Assembly (NCBI GenBank): GCA_013265495.1
Contig: MU058257.1
Location: 1,044,020 to 1,108,019, forward strand
DNA length: 64,000 bases
Reading direction: 5' to 3'
DNA from: Vicugna vicugna
Lineage: Eukaryota
Shown here: one piece after another, positions 24,164-37,579 of the stretch
How the letters are laid out: every line of letters begins with the position of its first letter
Numbering within the stretch: the first letter of the stretch is position 1
Made by a program: the position numbers and the translations under genes
Notes under the pieces: generated by a model
The model's database searches: none
Told to the model about the DNA's origin: nothing
The model's input: only the letters and a program-made list of their open reading frames with translations

Positions 24164-26304
24164 AGTATAAGCTTTTAGATGCCAGGGAGAGTTGAGGACA
24201 GCAGGACCTGGGTGATAAGTTGCAGCAATTCCCCACAGACTGGGGATCCCCAGGACACCTCATCAGAAAGGAGCACCTGGGTTTGGGGGCCTGCCCCAAA
24301 CGGCGGCTCCTCGGATTCTCTTTCGTTTCCCACTTACCCTGAGTTTGGGGCTGTCCTGGGTCAGGGAACACCGTTCATTTGTCTCCGCTGGGTGTCTGGT
24401 GAAGCACAGAAGTGGTGGGGATGGATTTCACGTGGCAATCCCCCCGTGTGCATCCTGAAAGAGCCAAGGGTTGAGGAGGGAGAGCTGTCCTGTGCTCATC
24501 CACTCCCCGTGAGACGTTCAGTGCACCAGCCAGAGCGCTGGCTTTGTGCTGAACGCTGCGGTAGACACGTGGGACAGGAGCCCTCATACGTGCTTTACTG
24601 CCACGGCTGGCACGCGTCCATCACTGGTTGAATCTCTCGTTTCTCAGCTACTCTCTGATGCCTAAGTGTGAAAAAGTCAGTATGCCTGGATGGAATTTTT
24701 AGATGGCTTTATGTCAATATACATTTGTTTGTTTTCAAAATCAGCAACAAATGCAATAGTAAATACTTGGGCTGCTCAGTTGGGTAGCCTTGTCTGCTGC
24801 CTTGGGCTGAAACGGGGTTCAGTCTTTTCACTGATGGCTCGAGCCAGTGGAACAGGTAGACTCCGCATTGAGTGAAGTAAATGATTTCCCCCTAGGAAAT
24901 AAGCGTGGATGTCTTTGCCCACCTCTGTGTGTGAGTGTGACACACGCAGACCGCTGTTGCCACATAGCTCAGAAATAGCTGAGACCATCGTGACAGGGTG
25001 GAGGCAAAGGCAGAGTGTGTACCCAGTTTCATCCAGGGCTGACCTAGCTGAGTGGAACCCCGTGTTTGGTTCTGACCTTGAAGTGGATTTGCAGTTTGCA
25101 CTCTCCATGAGCCGGAGAATGTTCTAATCCCTCTGAAGAAGCAAGCATGTGGGGAAAAGCTGACCGGATTGAATATCAGAAATTTGGTTTCCAATTAGTT
25201 CCACAAATCCCATGGATCTAGCCTAGAGGTAAACAAAATAAAACAAATATGTAAATGTAAAAAAAATCCGTAACTTAATAAAGACAAAACCTTTCATGAT
25301 TTCTGGAAAGAATTTCTCCCTAACCAAACGGTGGAAGAGGTACCAGCCGTTCTGAGTGAGGGAGAGTTGCTGTCCTCCTCGGACCCCGGAGGGCACACCT
25401 GCTCCCTGGGAGCACCGCCCATCCCGGCATCTTCTTCTCTTGCTCCTTTGCCCTTGGGAAGATATCAGGATGAGAAGCTCCAATGTATTTATTTAGGGTT
25501 TGAAAGCTTTCCGTTCACTCATTCATTCATTCATCAATTGTAGATTAGCTCTTTCTCTCTATACACATGCCCACAGATGCCCCCTCAATGCCACTAGGGC
25601 TGTAAATATGGCAAAGAAAAGACTTGAGAAAATTGACAGCATTTCTTTGAGCTGAAACCAGGAAGTACCTATGGACAAAGAAGGCAAAAGAAAGATGAAA
25701 GGGATGGAAATGTATTCCAAGGTCCTGTAGTTCCCTGGAGCAGCTGGAGGAGTCTGACCTTCGAGACTGAAGCCACGTTTGACCATGGACTTGGTCACAG
25801 CACATATGGTAGAACCATGAACCGTTACCTATTGTGTGGGCTTCCTATGGCCTGGGTGTCCAGGATTCCATGCCTAGGTAACATGACCAGGGACAGGCTT
25901 CGTCCGAGGACACCCTTCCTCTGGGGCACCCGTCTTGTTACAATCATACCCTCTGATTCCCCTGCATTCGACATTGACCCCATACTCAAATGCCATGAGG
26001 ACAGGCTATGCAGATGTTATGGTGGAAAATCTGCACCTGTCTACTGTATTTGCAATTAAAGTATGACCCTCTTCCCCGACCATCTGAGTTTCTTCACCTG
26101 GGAAGCGGACATCTCAGAGTTCGAGGTCGTTATGGTCTGAGAGAATTTGACTGGCTCTTGTTCTGAGCTTACCTTCTCTGTGGTCTCTAGCAACACCCTG
26201 AAGATGCAAAAGCTCCTGCTGAGAGATGGGGGCCCGAGGAGAGGGGCGTGTGCAGGGAGCAGTGGAGCATTTGCAGTGCTGGGCAGAGGATGAGAAGTCA
26301 GGGA

Positions 26305-26724
26305 GGGCTGTAACAAATGACTGCAAACGGGGAGACTTAAAACAACAGGCATTCATTGTCTCATGGTTCTGGAAGTCAGAAGTCCTAATCAAGGTGTTTG
26401 GCAGGGTTGGTTCCTTCAGGATGCTCTGCGGAAGAGCCGGTTCCATGCTTGTCTCTTGAATCCCGGTGGCTCCTGGCCGTCTCTGGCATCCCTGGGCTTG
26501 TAGCAACGTCACTGTCTTGTAGTCACATGACCTTGCTCCCTCTAGGTGATTGTCTCTGTCTCTCTTCTCTTCCTGGGAGGCCACCACTCAGGCTGGGTGA
26601 GGGACCACCCTACTCTCCAGTAAGACATCATCTCAACTGATTACCCCTGTTTCTAATAAGGTCGCATTCGGAGGTGTCAGAAATAGGACTTGAATCTCTT
26701 CGGGGCACACAGTTCAGCCCCCAA
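26305..26724 (-). mobile_element. MaLR solo LTR (MLT1 family)
   Basis: ctgtaacaaatgactgcaaac...ttaaaacaacaggcattcattgtctcatggttctggaagtcagaagtcc...aataaggtcgcattcggaggt...cacagttcagccc is the typical antisense MLT1 layout. Confidence 0.87.
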
Positions 26725-28619
26725 TGGGTGGCAAAAGGCATACTGCAGTGAAGGGCCTCTGTATGCTAAAATTAGGCGTCCCTTTAGTGTTATTAAGGGA
26801 ACTGAGGAAAGACACGGGAAAGGAAGCAAGAGAGGAGACGCCTGGAACCTCGCTGGAGGCCGCGTCACAGTCTGCTCCTGTCACGCGACGTGTCAAACCT
26901 ACGACTGGCTCCATGTTTACGATGCAGTATCTTAAAAGACACAGACGAGATAGTGGGGATATTTCCAATTGATTGGGGGAGGAATCTGACTTGTAGTAAG
27001 TCCAGGACCCTGAAGAACTCACCGGCAAAACGGGTCCTTCAGGGTTCAGATGGCTTTCACTTGGGAAGAGGTGGCTGTGTGTCTTCTCAAGGGTCCCTTG
27101 GGATGGCGAAAGGCACAGACAGGAGAAAGGGAACCGATCCCCCCCGGGAATCCCTCCACCCGGACCTGAGAGAGCAGGATCAAGGGCAGATCCCAGTCTG
27201 GGGGAGGCCCTGCTCCCCCCACAGGAGAGAGGGAACAGCGTCCGGCCAGGCACTTGGGGTGGGAGGTGGAGCTCCCATGGGGACAAGGGGCTGTGGCTGG
27301 CAGAGGGGTCAATGGGTTGGAAGTCCACCTGGCAGGTGAGAGGCAGGAGGGCTAAGCGAGTGATGCTTCATTCACAAGAACTCCTGTCTCCTCCGTCATC
27401 CTCTGCTGCTATGTTCTGTTCAGCATATGCTTTTCATCAACTTGTGTGGCTGGAAACCACCTAAGAAAGACATTTTTTAAATATTAGGAAATAACTCAAG
27501 AAAGGAAAGCTTCTAGAACTTGTCGGTGCTGGCTATCATGTTAATGTCACGCTGGGGTTCAATTGGCTGGGACGGGGTGAGGCTAACATCATTATTTGAT
27601 GTGAGGACCTCAGCAGGGCCAAAGAGTGAGTGAGAGTAAAGACTAGGGCGTCCCCCTTTCTCTATGTGTGGTGTCCCAGACATTCTTCCAGTGCCCCTGA
27701 CCCTCTTGCCACCAACCGGAGATGAAATTTTCCATTTAGTGCTCATCACAAAGCTCATCACTTTTTAAAAAAATTGTGTTAAATTTAACTCAGGCAATAG
27801 AATTCTTCAGGCTGCTGACTTGTGAGAAAAGTGAGGCAGCTGTTTTCATGTGTAAAAAGAACTTAGATCGACAGCTCACATGATCCACTGTGAACACTTT
27901 TCCCCACTGCGGGCAGATAAGCATGTTTGGCTTGAGTTGTTAAATCTCTGAACTTGCACGTCTGTATCGACATACAGAGGACTAACCGTCCACAGGACAA
28001 TCCTCTTTCCCAGGGTCAATTCCCTTCAAAAAGAAAAACAAATTGTACTGTCTTCCTCTCAGCCAATGGAGACCACTCCCGGGTGCCAGGGATGATGTGG
28101 ACAAACCTGGTCCAGGAGTCTTGATGCTAAGACAGGGCAGGGACCCGTGCTGTGTTCCAGAACTTTCCTCCCTCCAGGGAGAAGGGGAAGTGGGGCTCAC
28201 ATTTAAGGCAAGAGGCCTGGGCGGGAGGCAGAGGAGGAGAGTGTCTGGCAACCTACAGGAAACGCTGACACATTCTCTGATTTTTCAAAATGCCCAACAG
28301 GAGGGCAAAACCCGGAAAATATAAGAATAAACTCAAGTTAAAAATGGGAAAGATTCCAACTGGACAGAAGGAAGAAGGTCAGGGTACAAGACTCTGAAAT
28401 GGCGTACCAACATTTGGCGATCTCTGTGACAGCCCCTGGGGAGCGCTTGCTGTGTACCCGGCTCTGAAGAGATTTTCTTCTACCTTTTTAAAATACATAA
28501 GTAATGAAGAAATAAAAACATAATATGCAAATCCTATAATGAAGCAACAGTGCAATACTGAAAATAAATTAAAAGCAATAAATAAATGAATTCAATATAC
28601 AAGCAATAAACAAACACTA

Positions 28620-29090
28620 GTCATCCAGATTCTAAACATTGAAAACAAAGCCAAGATTCCCCTAGACCACACTCCCCCCACCACACCTCATTTCTATTTC
28701 ACAACAGTATGTAACACAATGGCTGATTTCCTCTGTGCTCTCCCAGGCCTTTCACTGCCATGCATGCATGCACACACACACGGTGCGTAAGCTGGTGGGT
28801 AGCATTCTGTTTATATATGTTGGATACTACCCTACTGTACACCTTTTTCTGTATTTATCATTTTTCATTTCAAAAATGTTCATCTTGCTTATCTTTCCAA
28901 GTCGTATGTATTGAGCCACCCTTGGCAAAGTGGTCCATGATATGGATCTCAAGAGTTTATTCCCTTATGGTAGGTGTTTCAGCTGTTTTTCATTTTTTTC
29001 TATTACTGACAGTGCTGGAAGTCCCGACTTACAACCGCAGGATACAGAGAGCCCATTTCCTCCCACACTTGGCCATATTTGGTATCATTG
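28620..29090 (-). mobile_element. Old LINE-1 (L1M/L1ME-type) fragments
   Basis: ctgtacacctttttctgtattt...ttattcccttatggtaggtgtttcagctgtttttcatttttttctattac...agagcccatttcctcccacacttggcca; diverged. Confidence 0.55.
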
Positions 29091-29125
29091 AGGGGGTCTT
29101 TAAGGACAAAATAGAAGCCTGGTCT

Positions 29126-29670
29126 TGAGGTGGGAAGCCCCGTTAAAAAAGACCGGCAGGACCCCCAGGCAGGGCCACTACTCTCCTGCCAGCACCATCT
29201 GGTTCCCTGGCCAAGAGGCTCTATCTCATTTTTTGCCTCTGAAAAGGCTTACTTCGAGGAAAGTGGAACTGACCCCTAAGATTCTATTGGTTCCCTGAGC
29301 TCACTCCTGTTTGGTCCATTTGTAGTGCCTCATTTGCATGGAGCTCACTCCTGATTGGTTATTTCTCTCACTCCATTTGTCCATTTCTACAAAGCTTGTT
29401 CCTAATTAGTCACCTTTGTTATACCTTATTTGCATATGATGTTACAAAATGTTGCAAAGTCTAGACTGGCAGCCTAAAGAAGCCTGTGTAAACCTACAGA
29501 CGGGGTCCAGAGCTTGGAGTGTTAACTCCTCTGGGCCCACTGGTGTAATAAACCTGAGTTCTCCAACTCTCCGAGTGCTGCTTGGTCTCTCGCCTGGATC
29601 CAGGTTGCTGTCACAACTGAGCTGTAACACTGAGCTGTAACACTGAGCTGTCACATGCTTTTTTGCAACA
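29126..29670 (+). mobile_element. Complete solo LTR, ERV1 class, 545 bp
   Basis: TGAGG...GCAACA termini with exact 4-bp TSD gtct (29122-29125 / 29671-29674); AATAAA at 29547; 44-bp-period U3 repeat; 3x13-bp U5 repeat actgagctgt(a/c)ac at 29616-29654. Confidence 0.92.
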
Positions 29671-29854
29671 GTCTGTCCTGGGTGACTTGGTCCTTCACTT
29701 ACTGAAAAAGGCAGAAGAGCAGAGAATATCTCTCCAGTTCCACTACAGCTCTTTGATTCAGTGACGATAAGTAAGAGGATTCTATGTGACGTTTTACAGA
29801 AAGATAACTTGTAATGCACGTATTTTTTATAAAGTGTGTTCTCACTTTAATTCT

Positions 29855-30000
29855 ATTTTATTTATTTTTTATTTTTGTTTTGTTTTGTTTTAGTTTTGGG
29901 GGGGGAATTACATTTATTTATTTACCTATTGATTGAACCCAGGACCTTGTGCATGCTAAGCATGTGCTCTATACCACTGAACTGTACCCTCCTCCCCCCA
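29855..30000 (-). mobile_element. tRNA(Ala)-derived SINE, camelid vic-1 type
   Basis: gattgaacccaggaccttgtgcatgctaagcatgtgctctataccactgaactgtaccctcc is the antisense of the SINE head; T-rich tail on the left. Confidence 0.88.
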
Positions 30001-31599
30001 ATTTTAATACATATACTTACTAAAGGGAACAAACTTGGCTACAGGATGGGTGGAAGCCCCTCTTCCCAGGTTTTTTGTCCTAGTATGAATCTGAATGCTG
30101 TGGGAAATATCTGCTATGTTAAGGTCCTTTCCATGGGTTCCCCGTGGGCTTGGCCAAGTGCTAGGCTCTGAGGAGGGGATGAAGGAGATGCTGGCTTCAC
30201 AGGGGGCCAGCCAGAATCCATCACCCTCCAACTCAAACTGCAGAGGGACATGGCGGAGTCAGTTTGCCAAAGCGGAACAGAGCTCTCTGCCCCATGTGGG
30301 TGCCCCCTGTGTGCGTGCGGAGTGCAATTGGAACCATTAAACTCCTGTACCTTCTTTACACGGACGTTGCCAACTGCCTCACTCCCAAACACATCCTTCT
30401 CCTCGTCTGTGTTGTTGATAAACCTGGGCTCCCCACAGGCTGCCATTTCAGAGCTGCTGTTGGAGGGCAGCCGGGGGACTGACAGCCGCTGGAGTGGGGA
30501 CTTCCTGCAGCCCTGAGATTAATGTCATAATTGAAAACAGGGAGGCTACTTCTCTTTGTGACCCAGAGGAAAACAGATGTTTGCACAAAGTGACCAATGA
30601 CCCTGGGTCACTTGTCTTCTTTTAAACTTTCAATGAGCCTAAAATAAGATAACCATGTTTTTAGCTTTGAAAATCCAAAGAAAACCAACTGCTCTTTGTT
30701 GTAAGATAAATCGCAGGCACCAACTTTATAAATGAGCATATTACCTAAATTGGTACTTAGGTACCGACTCAATTAAATTCACAGGTGGTAAAATCTGAAT
30801 GTGCTGGAGACAGCAATTTATCTGTAGATGCTCACGTTTTGCCAAAAATAGAAGACAGCCTCTTCTACAGACTCTCTTCCCACGTTAGTTCTTATTTTTC
30901 TAAAGATTAATAGCTTCATCTAGGAGACATTCGTTATCACACTCCCTCACACAGATAGGAAGGCCGTTTGAGGGGTGAGCAGTTCACTTGGCTCTCCGGG
31001 GGCAGCTGGTGTGCCGGGCAAGCACACAGCCGTCTGCACGGAGCTGGTGTCTCCAGGCAGCATCTCAGTGGCCAGCACTGTTCCCTCTGCTGCGAGGGCT
31101 CACTGAGGATGCCTGGGCCATCATCCAGGGTGCATGATGAACGCTGGGCAGGTGGAGGTAAAATGAGCCCAGGATGGAGCCCATGGCTGCCAAGCTCACA
31201 GAGACCAGAGTCTGCCAGTCGAGATGGTACCCGCCATACACTAGAGTTGTCCACTAGGATGGTCCACCCTCGCCAAAGGAAACTGGCTTCTAATCAGCAA
31301 CTCCCTTCAGGGGCGGCTTTGAAAGTCTGACCTAGGATCCAGACTGGGATGGCGAAGGGCTCCCAATCTTTGACCTAGAAATTCTCCTACTAGACTTTAT
31401 TCCAAGAAAATCATCTATTTATCTAGCTGTTGACACACAAACACACACGGTTGTTCACTAAGGGTTACTTACAACGAACAAAACTTGGAAGCTCTAAGTG
31501 GAGTACAATGAAGTATTAGTATTAAATTAATTACTTAAATGAATAAGTATTATTAATAAATTTTTGGAGATCCATAAGATACGAATCTGTTCAGTCTTC

Positions 31600-31866
31600 A
31601 AAAACCACATTTCCGATATACAGTTAATGTTAATGGTAAACACTCAAGATAAAAAATGTTGCATGGAAAGAGGTGGGCACGTAATTGTATATTGAATGTG
31701 GTGCCAATGTAGTTACCTTGTGGATAAAGATGTGCATTTTTTTGCCAGACCACCGAAATAGTCAAAGGTGGTAGGATTATGAATGGTTCTATTGAAAGGT
31801 TCTTCTCTATAATCATCTGCATTTGCCATTTCTACAATGAACATATATTACAGTTAGAAAATAAAT
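31600..31866 (+). mobile_element. Old LINE-1 (L1MC/ME-type) 3' UTR end
   Basis: ggtggtaggattatgaatgg...tttctacaatgaacatatattac...aaataaa is typical of old L1 3' termini. Confidence 0.6.
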
Positions 31867-34045
31867 ATGCATCTAAAAGATTTCAGTTTCACAGAGGAAG
31901 GTTCGTTTGTAATCACTCAGTGAAGACATTTCCTCGAGTCCTAATTGTATGATTTTAAAAAGTGCAAACCCCTGCTGTCTCAAACGAGCCTACGCCTTTC
32001 TACAGGTGTAGAAGTATCTGGAGATATTTCCAGACCTATGGAATTTAAGATTCCAGGTTATGAATCCCTTAACACCACCTTTGAAACATTTACGTTTCAA
32101 ACATCCCTCTACCTGAAGGGGAGGGGGAGGTAAAGGAAGCGATGAGAGGGGAAAAGGGAAGAGCAGGTATTAAACATCTCGTGTCTCACCGATCTAGAGT
32201 TCCCAATGTAAAAAATAAGCTTTCTGGCTGGTAGAGCCAAAAGAAGATGCCAGAGGTACTGGCGACCCTAGATTTTGTTTACAGATCAGGTGCCACCAGG
32301 GCCCGCCAATCATTTCAATCCAATCCCTTCCTTCCGGAAGCAAAGGAGGGAGCCCTGAGGCAGGTGCACTGAGAGCCCCTGGCTTTTGCGTGAGCTGCGA
32401 ACCCCTCAGCCCAAACCCTCCTCCCCGGAGTCCACGACTGACAGTCTCGTGTCCCACAGGCCATTTGCCCTGGGGTTAACACAGCATTGTCAGCGACTCA
32501 GGACATTTACCAGGGGCTGGCGGCCTCTGTGCAAAGCACCTTGTCATTTTTATTGTCTTTCTTCGAAGAAATCTTTGCACGACAATTTTTATTTTATTAA
32601 TAGATTTATTTGTCTTGTAGCAAGAAAGGATTCTTTGTGGACACTCAAGTATTTATTTTTCCAACAACCTTTCAAAGCTTTGGCCTCGGGTTTGGAATTC
32701 ACTTTCCCTATCAGGAGACAGGGTCAGGGAAGAAAGAATTCCTCAAACGTGACCCGTGAAGATACACAGGCCAGCAGAGGGGCCTGCTTGCCGCAGCGCC
32801 AGTCATGCGGACATCTGTGTCTCGCCAGAGCAGAAAGGGCACATTCTGACCTTGGAACACTACCTCTCTCACTCCCGAGCTCCCTCCTAAAGGTGCCCAG
32901 GGCGCCCACGGACTTTGAGCGTCAGGAAGAATCAGAAAAGACCGTGGCTGAAAAATCTCCTAAGTTGATGAAGAAAGATGAAGCAAATCAAAAGGAATCC
33001 AGAAGCCAAGGAAGTTAGTGTTCAGTTAGCCTGTTAAATATGCTATGGATGTCAGGGGGGTCTTAGTGGAATTGTCTCCTGAAAGCCGGCAGGGAAACCA
33101 TGGATCGTTTGATGTTGGATGTACACAGATGGAGGAATAAATGAGCAGCCCTAGGCCCACATGGTGCTGAAATGAAAGGAAAAAGAGAGAGGGAGGAGGG
33201 AGAGAGGAGAGGGAAGAAAAAAAGAGATTTCCTCTCTGCAGGCCACGGAAAAAGCAAGTCCGGGCTTTGTGGTCACTTCCAGGCTCAGTCTTTGGGTACT
33301 TGCCTACCTAAACAGCAAGTCATTTTAAGAGCTTAAAAAAGCCAGCCGGGTCCAAAGATAGAACTTACTCTCATATCAGGCAGCTTTTAATAGATGTGAA
33401 CACAGGGCAGAGGTGAGTGTTGCATAACTTCAGGGCTTGTGGTGTCCACTTGGATGTCATTGGATGAGCTTCCAGGTTCTCTGCCATCCCTGGGCACCAG
33501 CGAGCCTAGACCAGACGCAGAGCCATGCTCGGGGGACACGGTGCCTCTGCTCTCACGGGGCTTCATGAGTGTGACTTTACAATGTTCAGTCTAAGTGGCT
33601 CCCGGTGTCATGGGTTCCCTCCAGCCTCCTACGTCAGCTGAACCAACCCGGGTTCAGAGACCCTGACTCCTGCTTTCTCTTGCTGTTCCTGGAACAGCAG
33701 CATGGGGGGCAGGGAGCCAGCAACCCAGATACACACAGACAGCAGATCAAGGAAGAAAGAGAAACAGAAGTCCTTCAGGTTTTTGGAACGGGCTTATCTG
33801 GCATATATTCTGTTAACTGACAATCTTCTATTGTTAACATTTGTCAGTTGTGTAAACCTTCAGTAGCAAAACCTGGAACCAGCCATCCTGGCCCCGCTTT
33901 GTCTTATGATTATATTATTCTAATGTTCCCAGGTCACTCAGTCAATTAGCCATCTGAAATTTTATTGAGCATCTATGTACTCGGGTCAGAACACCGTTTA
34001 AATGCTGTAGGTGAGATGGGGCATATTCAGTATGGTATGGCCATA

Positions 34046-34400
34046 GACAGATGACTGGATAAGGAAGATGTGGTGTGTATATATGATGGAATACTACTCA
34101 GTCATCAAAAAGGATAAAATAATGCCATTTGCAGCAACATGGAATGACCTGGAGTTTGTCATTCTAACTGAAGTAAGCCAGAAAGAGAAAGAAAAATACC
34201 ATATGATATCACTTATATGTGGAATCTGAAAAAAAAAAAGACTAACTTATTTGCAAAACAGAAACAGACTCACTGACATAGAAAACAAACTTATGGTTAC
34301 CAGGGGGTAAAGAGGATAGGAAGGGATAAATTGGAAATTGGAAATTTGCACCTCTTGGGGAGTGATGGAAATGTTCGCTATCTTGAAAAGAAAAATAAAA
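34046..34400 (+). mobile_element. LINE-1 ORF2 end and partial 3' UTR joined to an older L1M-like 3' UTR piece
   Basis: gacagatgactggataaggaagatgtgg...gccatttgcagcaacatgg...gtggaatctg...gggataaattggaaattggaaatttgca, then ggggagtgatggaaatgttcgctatcttga. Confidence 0.88.
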
Positions 34401-37400
34401 TAATCAATTATCAAAAAAAAAAACAACCCTACAGCAAACACAGGAATGGAGGAGAGGTGGTCCCTGCCCAAAGATCATGTCCTTATCAAGTTTACTGTTT
34501 ACTAAATCACCTCCCCTCCAGTCAAAGACCTGTGTTATTTTCTTGGGCAACTTGAGACTCTTAGAGTCATCTTAGTCACGTGAATATTAAGCCATCACCA
34601 ACCTCATTTACCCACCCCCACCTCCCAGAGGCACCCCTCTCCAGATCCCCAGGCCACGGCTCCAGCCCACATGGCTGCACTGATGACAGCCTCCTCGGGT
34701 GCCTCCAGGCCACAGGATCCACCAGTCACCCTGCACAGGGAACAAATTCATTTTACAAAAATTCCAGTTCCATCGTCTCTCCCTCTGCAAGAACCCACCA
34801 AAGATCGCCACTGCCTACATATCAAACTCGGTCCCTCTGTGGGCACCAGATCAGGACCCCATCGTGGTGCTGCTGTAAAATGAAGAAATATGGCAGAGGT
34901 AGAATGATCTAGCCAGTGGGGGTTCCAGCCAGGCCTGAATTTGACAAGTGAGAATCACATGGGAACTGGCCTCCCCTGTGACATTAATTTTTGTGAGTGG
35001 CACCCACCTTTGTGCATATAAATTGGGTGATTACACTAATAAATTGGAATTTTTGCATTTAGAAACAGCACCTGTAAGTAACAGGAGGCGAGGGAAAGAA
35101 GGCCAGTCGAAACTTTGGCCCTTAATATTTGAAAGCAGCACTTGGCAGACAGCTTGAAGGCTGAGAGGTTTGAAGAGACCGCACAGAAAAAAGTGGAGAT
35201 TAAAAAAAGAGCACCTCGCCATTTTGCTGGTACATTATTTTCTATTTAAAGGTAATAAGGTGGTGCACAAAAGTTGAAACACGAAAATTACATACTTGGT
35301 TGTCTCATCTCAACTTCCAGCAGAGTAACAATTGTCACAAAATTACCATACTTGTGTCGGACATAATTTGTTACAAGCTGATGGCCTGAATGCTCACATC
35401 TACCCTGATACTGAGAATCCTGCCCTCTGACTTTCCAGAAAACGCAGGGGTGGTAAACAGACTTCGCGGAGTATTAACTTAGTCAACCAGCCCTAATTGG
35501 TAAAATTCTGTCAGTTGAGATAAAGAAATATCGACGTTGATCTGGGGCAAATCTGGAATAAATCAAAGCCTCATTTCTGCCAGGAGGAAACTGACTACAT
35601 GGGAAGTGAAACTTGCATTGTAGGCGTCCCTGCAAGGCACTTGGCTGTTTACCTGCATTACCTCGACTCATCTCAACAACACTGTGCATTAGACAGCACT
35701 GTTTCACGGATTTAGGAACCTAAGAGGGGGTAAATAACCGACCCACACCCCCTCAGCTGGTGAGGGACATAACTAAGGCTGAACACCAGTTGGTCTCGGT
35801 GGGTAGTTCTTAACCAGAGATGGAGTAGTGGGCAGGAGACCTGGTACCTCTTCCAGCAGGGAAAACTGACCCCGGGTGTCCGGAGAGGCCAGAGCCAGCG
35901 GGACCGCCTCCCAGCCTCTGCCAGAGCAGCCTCCGAGGATGCGCTGGTCACCCACGCTCTGACTTAACAGTGCTGGCTTTACAGACTTGGTTGGGACTTT
36001 ATAATCCTTTCTCTGTTCAGTCTATTCTTTGCCAAGAAGAAAGAACTGTGGCCACCGCAGCACCTACATGAGGGCTGAGTTCAGAGGGCACAGGTGCGTC
36101 TCGGTGGCTTGGGGTCCACTTGCTCTAGAAAGTTTACTTAGATGCTCTTCCAGCTCTTAGAAGCCGTCTTCCACACGTGAGAGGGGCTGAGTGTGTTTAT
36201 GCAAATACCCGCATTCTGACTTAGCTGTGGTTTATCAGCAAAACCCTCACTCATGATACTGGAGAGCGAAATCTGGTCCCGACCGGGGAACTTTGACCAG
36301 CTATTTGCTGAGGTGGTTAATGCTACATCTTCAACAAACGAGCGGCTGTTTGTCGGCTTTGACGTTCTGTTTTATTTCAGTAGCAGCACTCCTGTTCTGC
36401 ACAACACACACTCCCAAGGAAAAGAAACAGCGTGGGCCAAAAAGCTACCCCCGAGCTCTGGGAAATTAACGGAAGGGATGCCATAAATACAAATCGGCAG
36501 TTAAGGGAGACACCGACCAGTGGTAAAACGATGGTAGAGGCAGCAGGGAACCCAGCCACACACCTGCGGGTGCTCATTAACCCTGAGAGCTCTCCCAGCA
36601 GTGGCCGTAGGAGGTCAGTGCTAATGCCGTCCCCTGGCCGTGGATGGAGACACCAGGTCCAGGAAGACTAAACTGTCCTTGGTCACACATTGAGTTGGAG
36701 GCAGGACACACCCGGCAGCTGGCCCTGTGTCCCCACCCTCTTGAGATCCGAGTGGCACAGGGCACATCTGCACCAAGTCATCTCTCAGGGGTTGTGGTGG
36801 CGGGGGTGGGGGGCAGACAGCCCTCCTGTAGTGGGGGCAGGACAGAGGTATAAAGCCAGGGCAGCAAACGGCCCGCCTCTGCATGACCATGTGCCCGGGA
36901 AAGGTGGGGCAACTTCTGGAAGATCTAATTTTTCATTTTTCTTTCCCCTGTGTGGCATTTTACAGCAAAGAGCTCTTAACACGCTCAGCTTGTAGACGAT
37001 GGAATTCCTGTTTGTCATAAATAGCCTAAACAAAAAACAACCCAAGAACAATTAAAAGGGAATAAAAGAAAAAGACGAAAACTAATGAATGGTGGTAATG
37101 TTTCTCTCTGAGAACTGGATTTAGCACATGCAAGATTTCTGTTCTCTCTGGCATATTTCTGCGGGAACCAACCAGCAATCTTCTCCCCAGCAAATAAGGA
37201 CTGGAAATACCAGCTGTGTGAGGACAGGGGTTTTTGTTGCTGGGTTTTTTTTTTTTTTACTAGGGATCTATTTTCCTAGAAAAATGAGCTCCTGTCACTT
37301 TAAAGACACAGCATTGCCCTCGAACGTCTATGACAGGTTTTCTGGGATGAGTCAAGAAGGCAGTCAGCTCGTAAGTGTCTCTGCACCGTTGTTCACGTAG

Positions 37401-37579
37401 GATTGCGGCCAGGGCGCACCTTGGAAAGGATGAAAGGAGCTATTCGAACAGAGAGGCCTACGCGGTATCTGAACGCTGATTAAAAATACTACACACACTT
37501 ACTAAAAACACCGTCTTCCTTCATTGATAATCAGGCAGCACTGTTTTCTAAATAGGTCTCGGGACAATGCCCTTGTCCT

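Noticed and set aside
26714..27328. 204-aa minus-strand ORF
   Set aside because: Pro/Ser/Leu-rich translation of purine/pyrimidine-biased DNA with overlapping ORFs in other frames; no homology recognised
29616..29654. Short direct repeats that could suggest a CRISPR-like array
   Set aside because: Head-to-tail 13-mers without spacers inside an LTR, in mammalian DNA
32386..33018. 210-aa ORF
   Set aside because: TTG start, no recognisable domain, random-looking composition and no splice support
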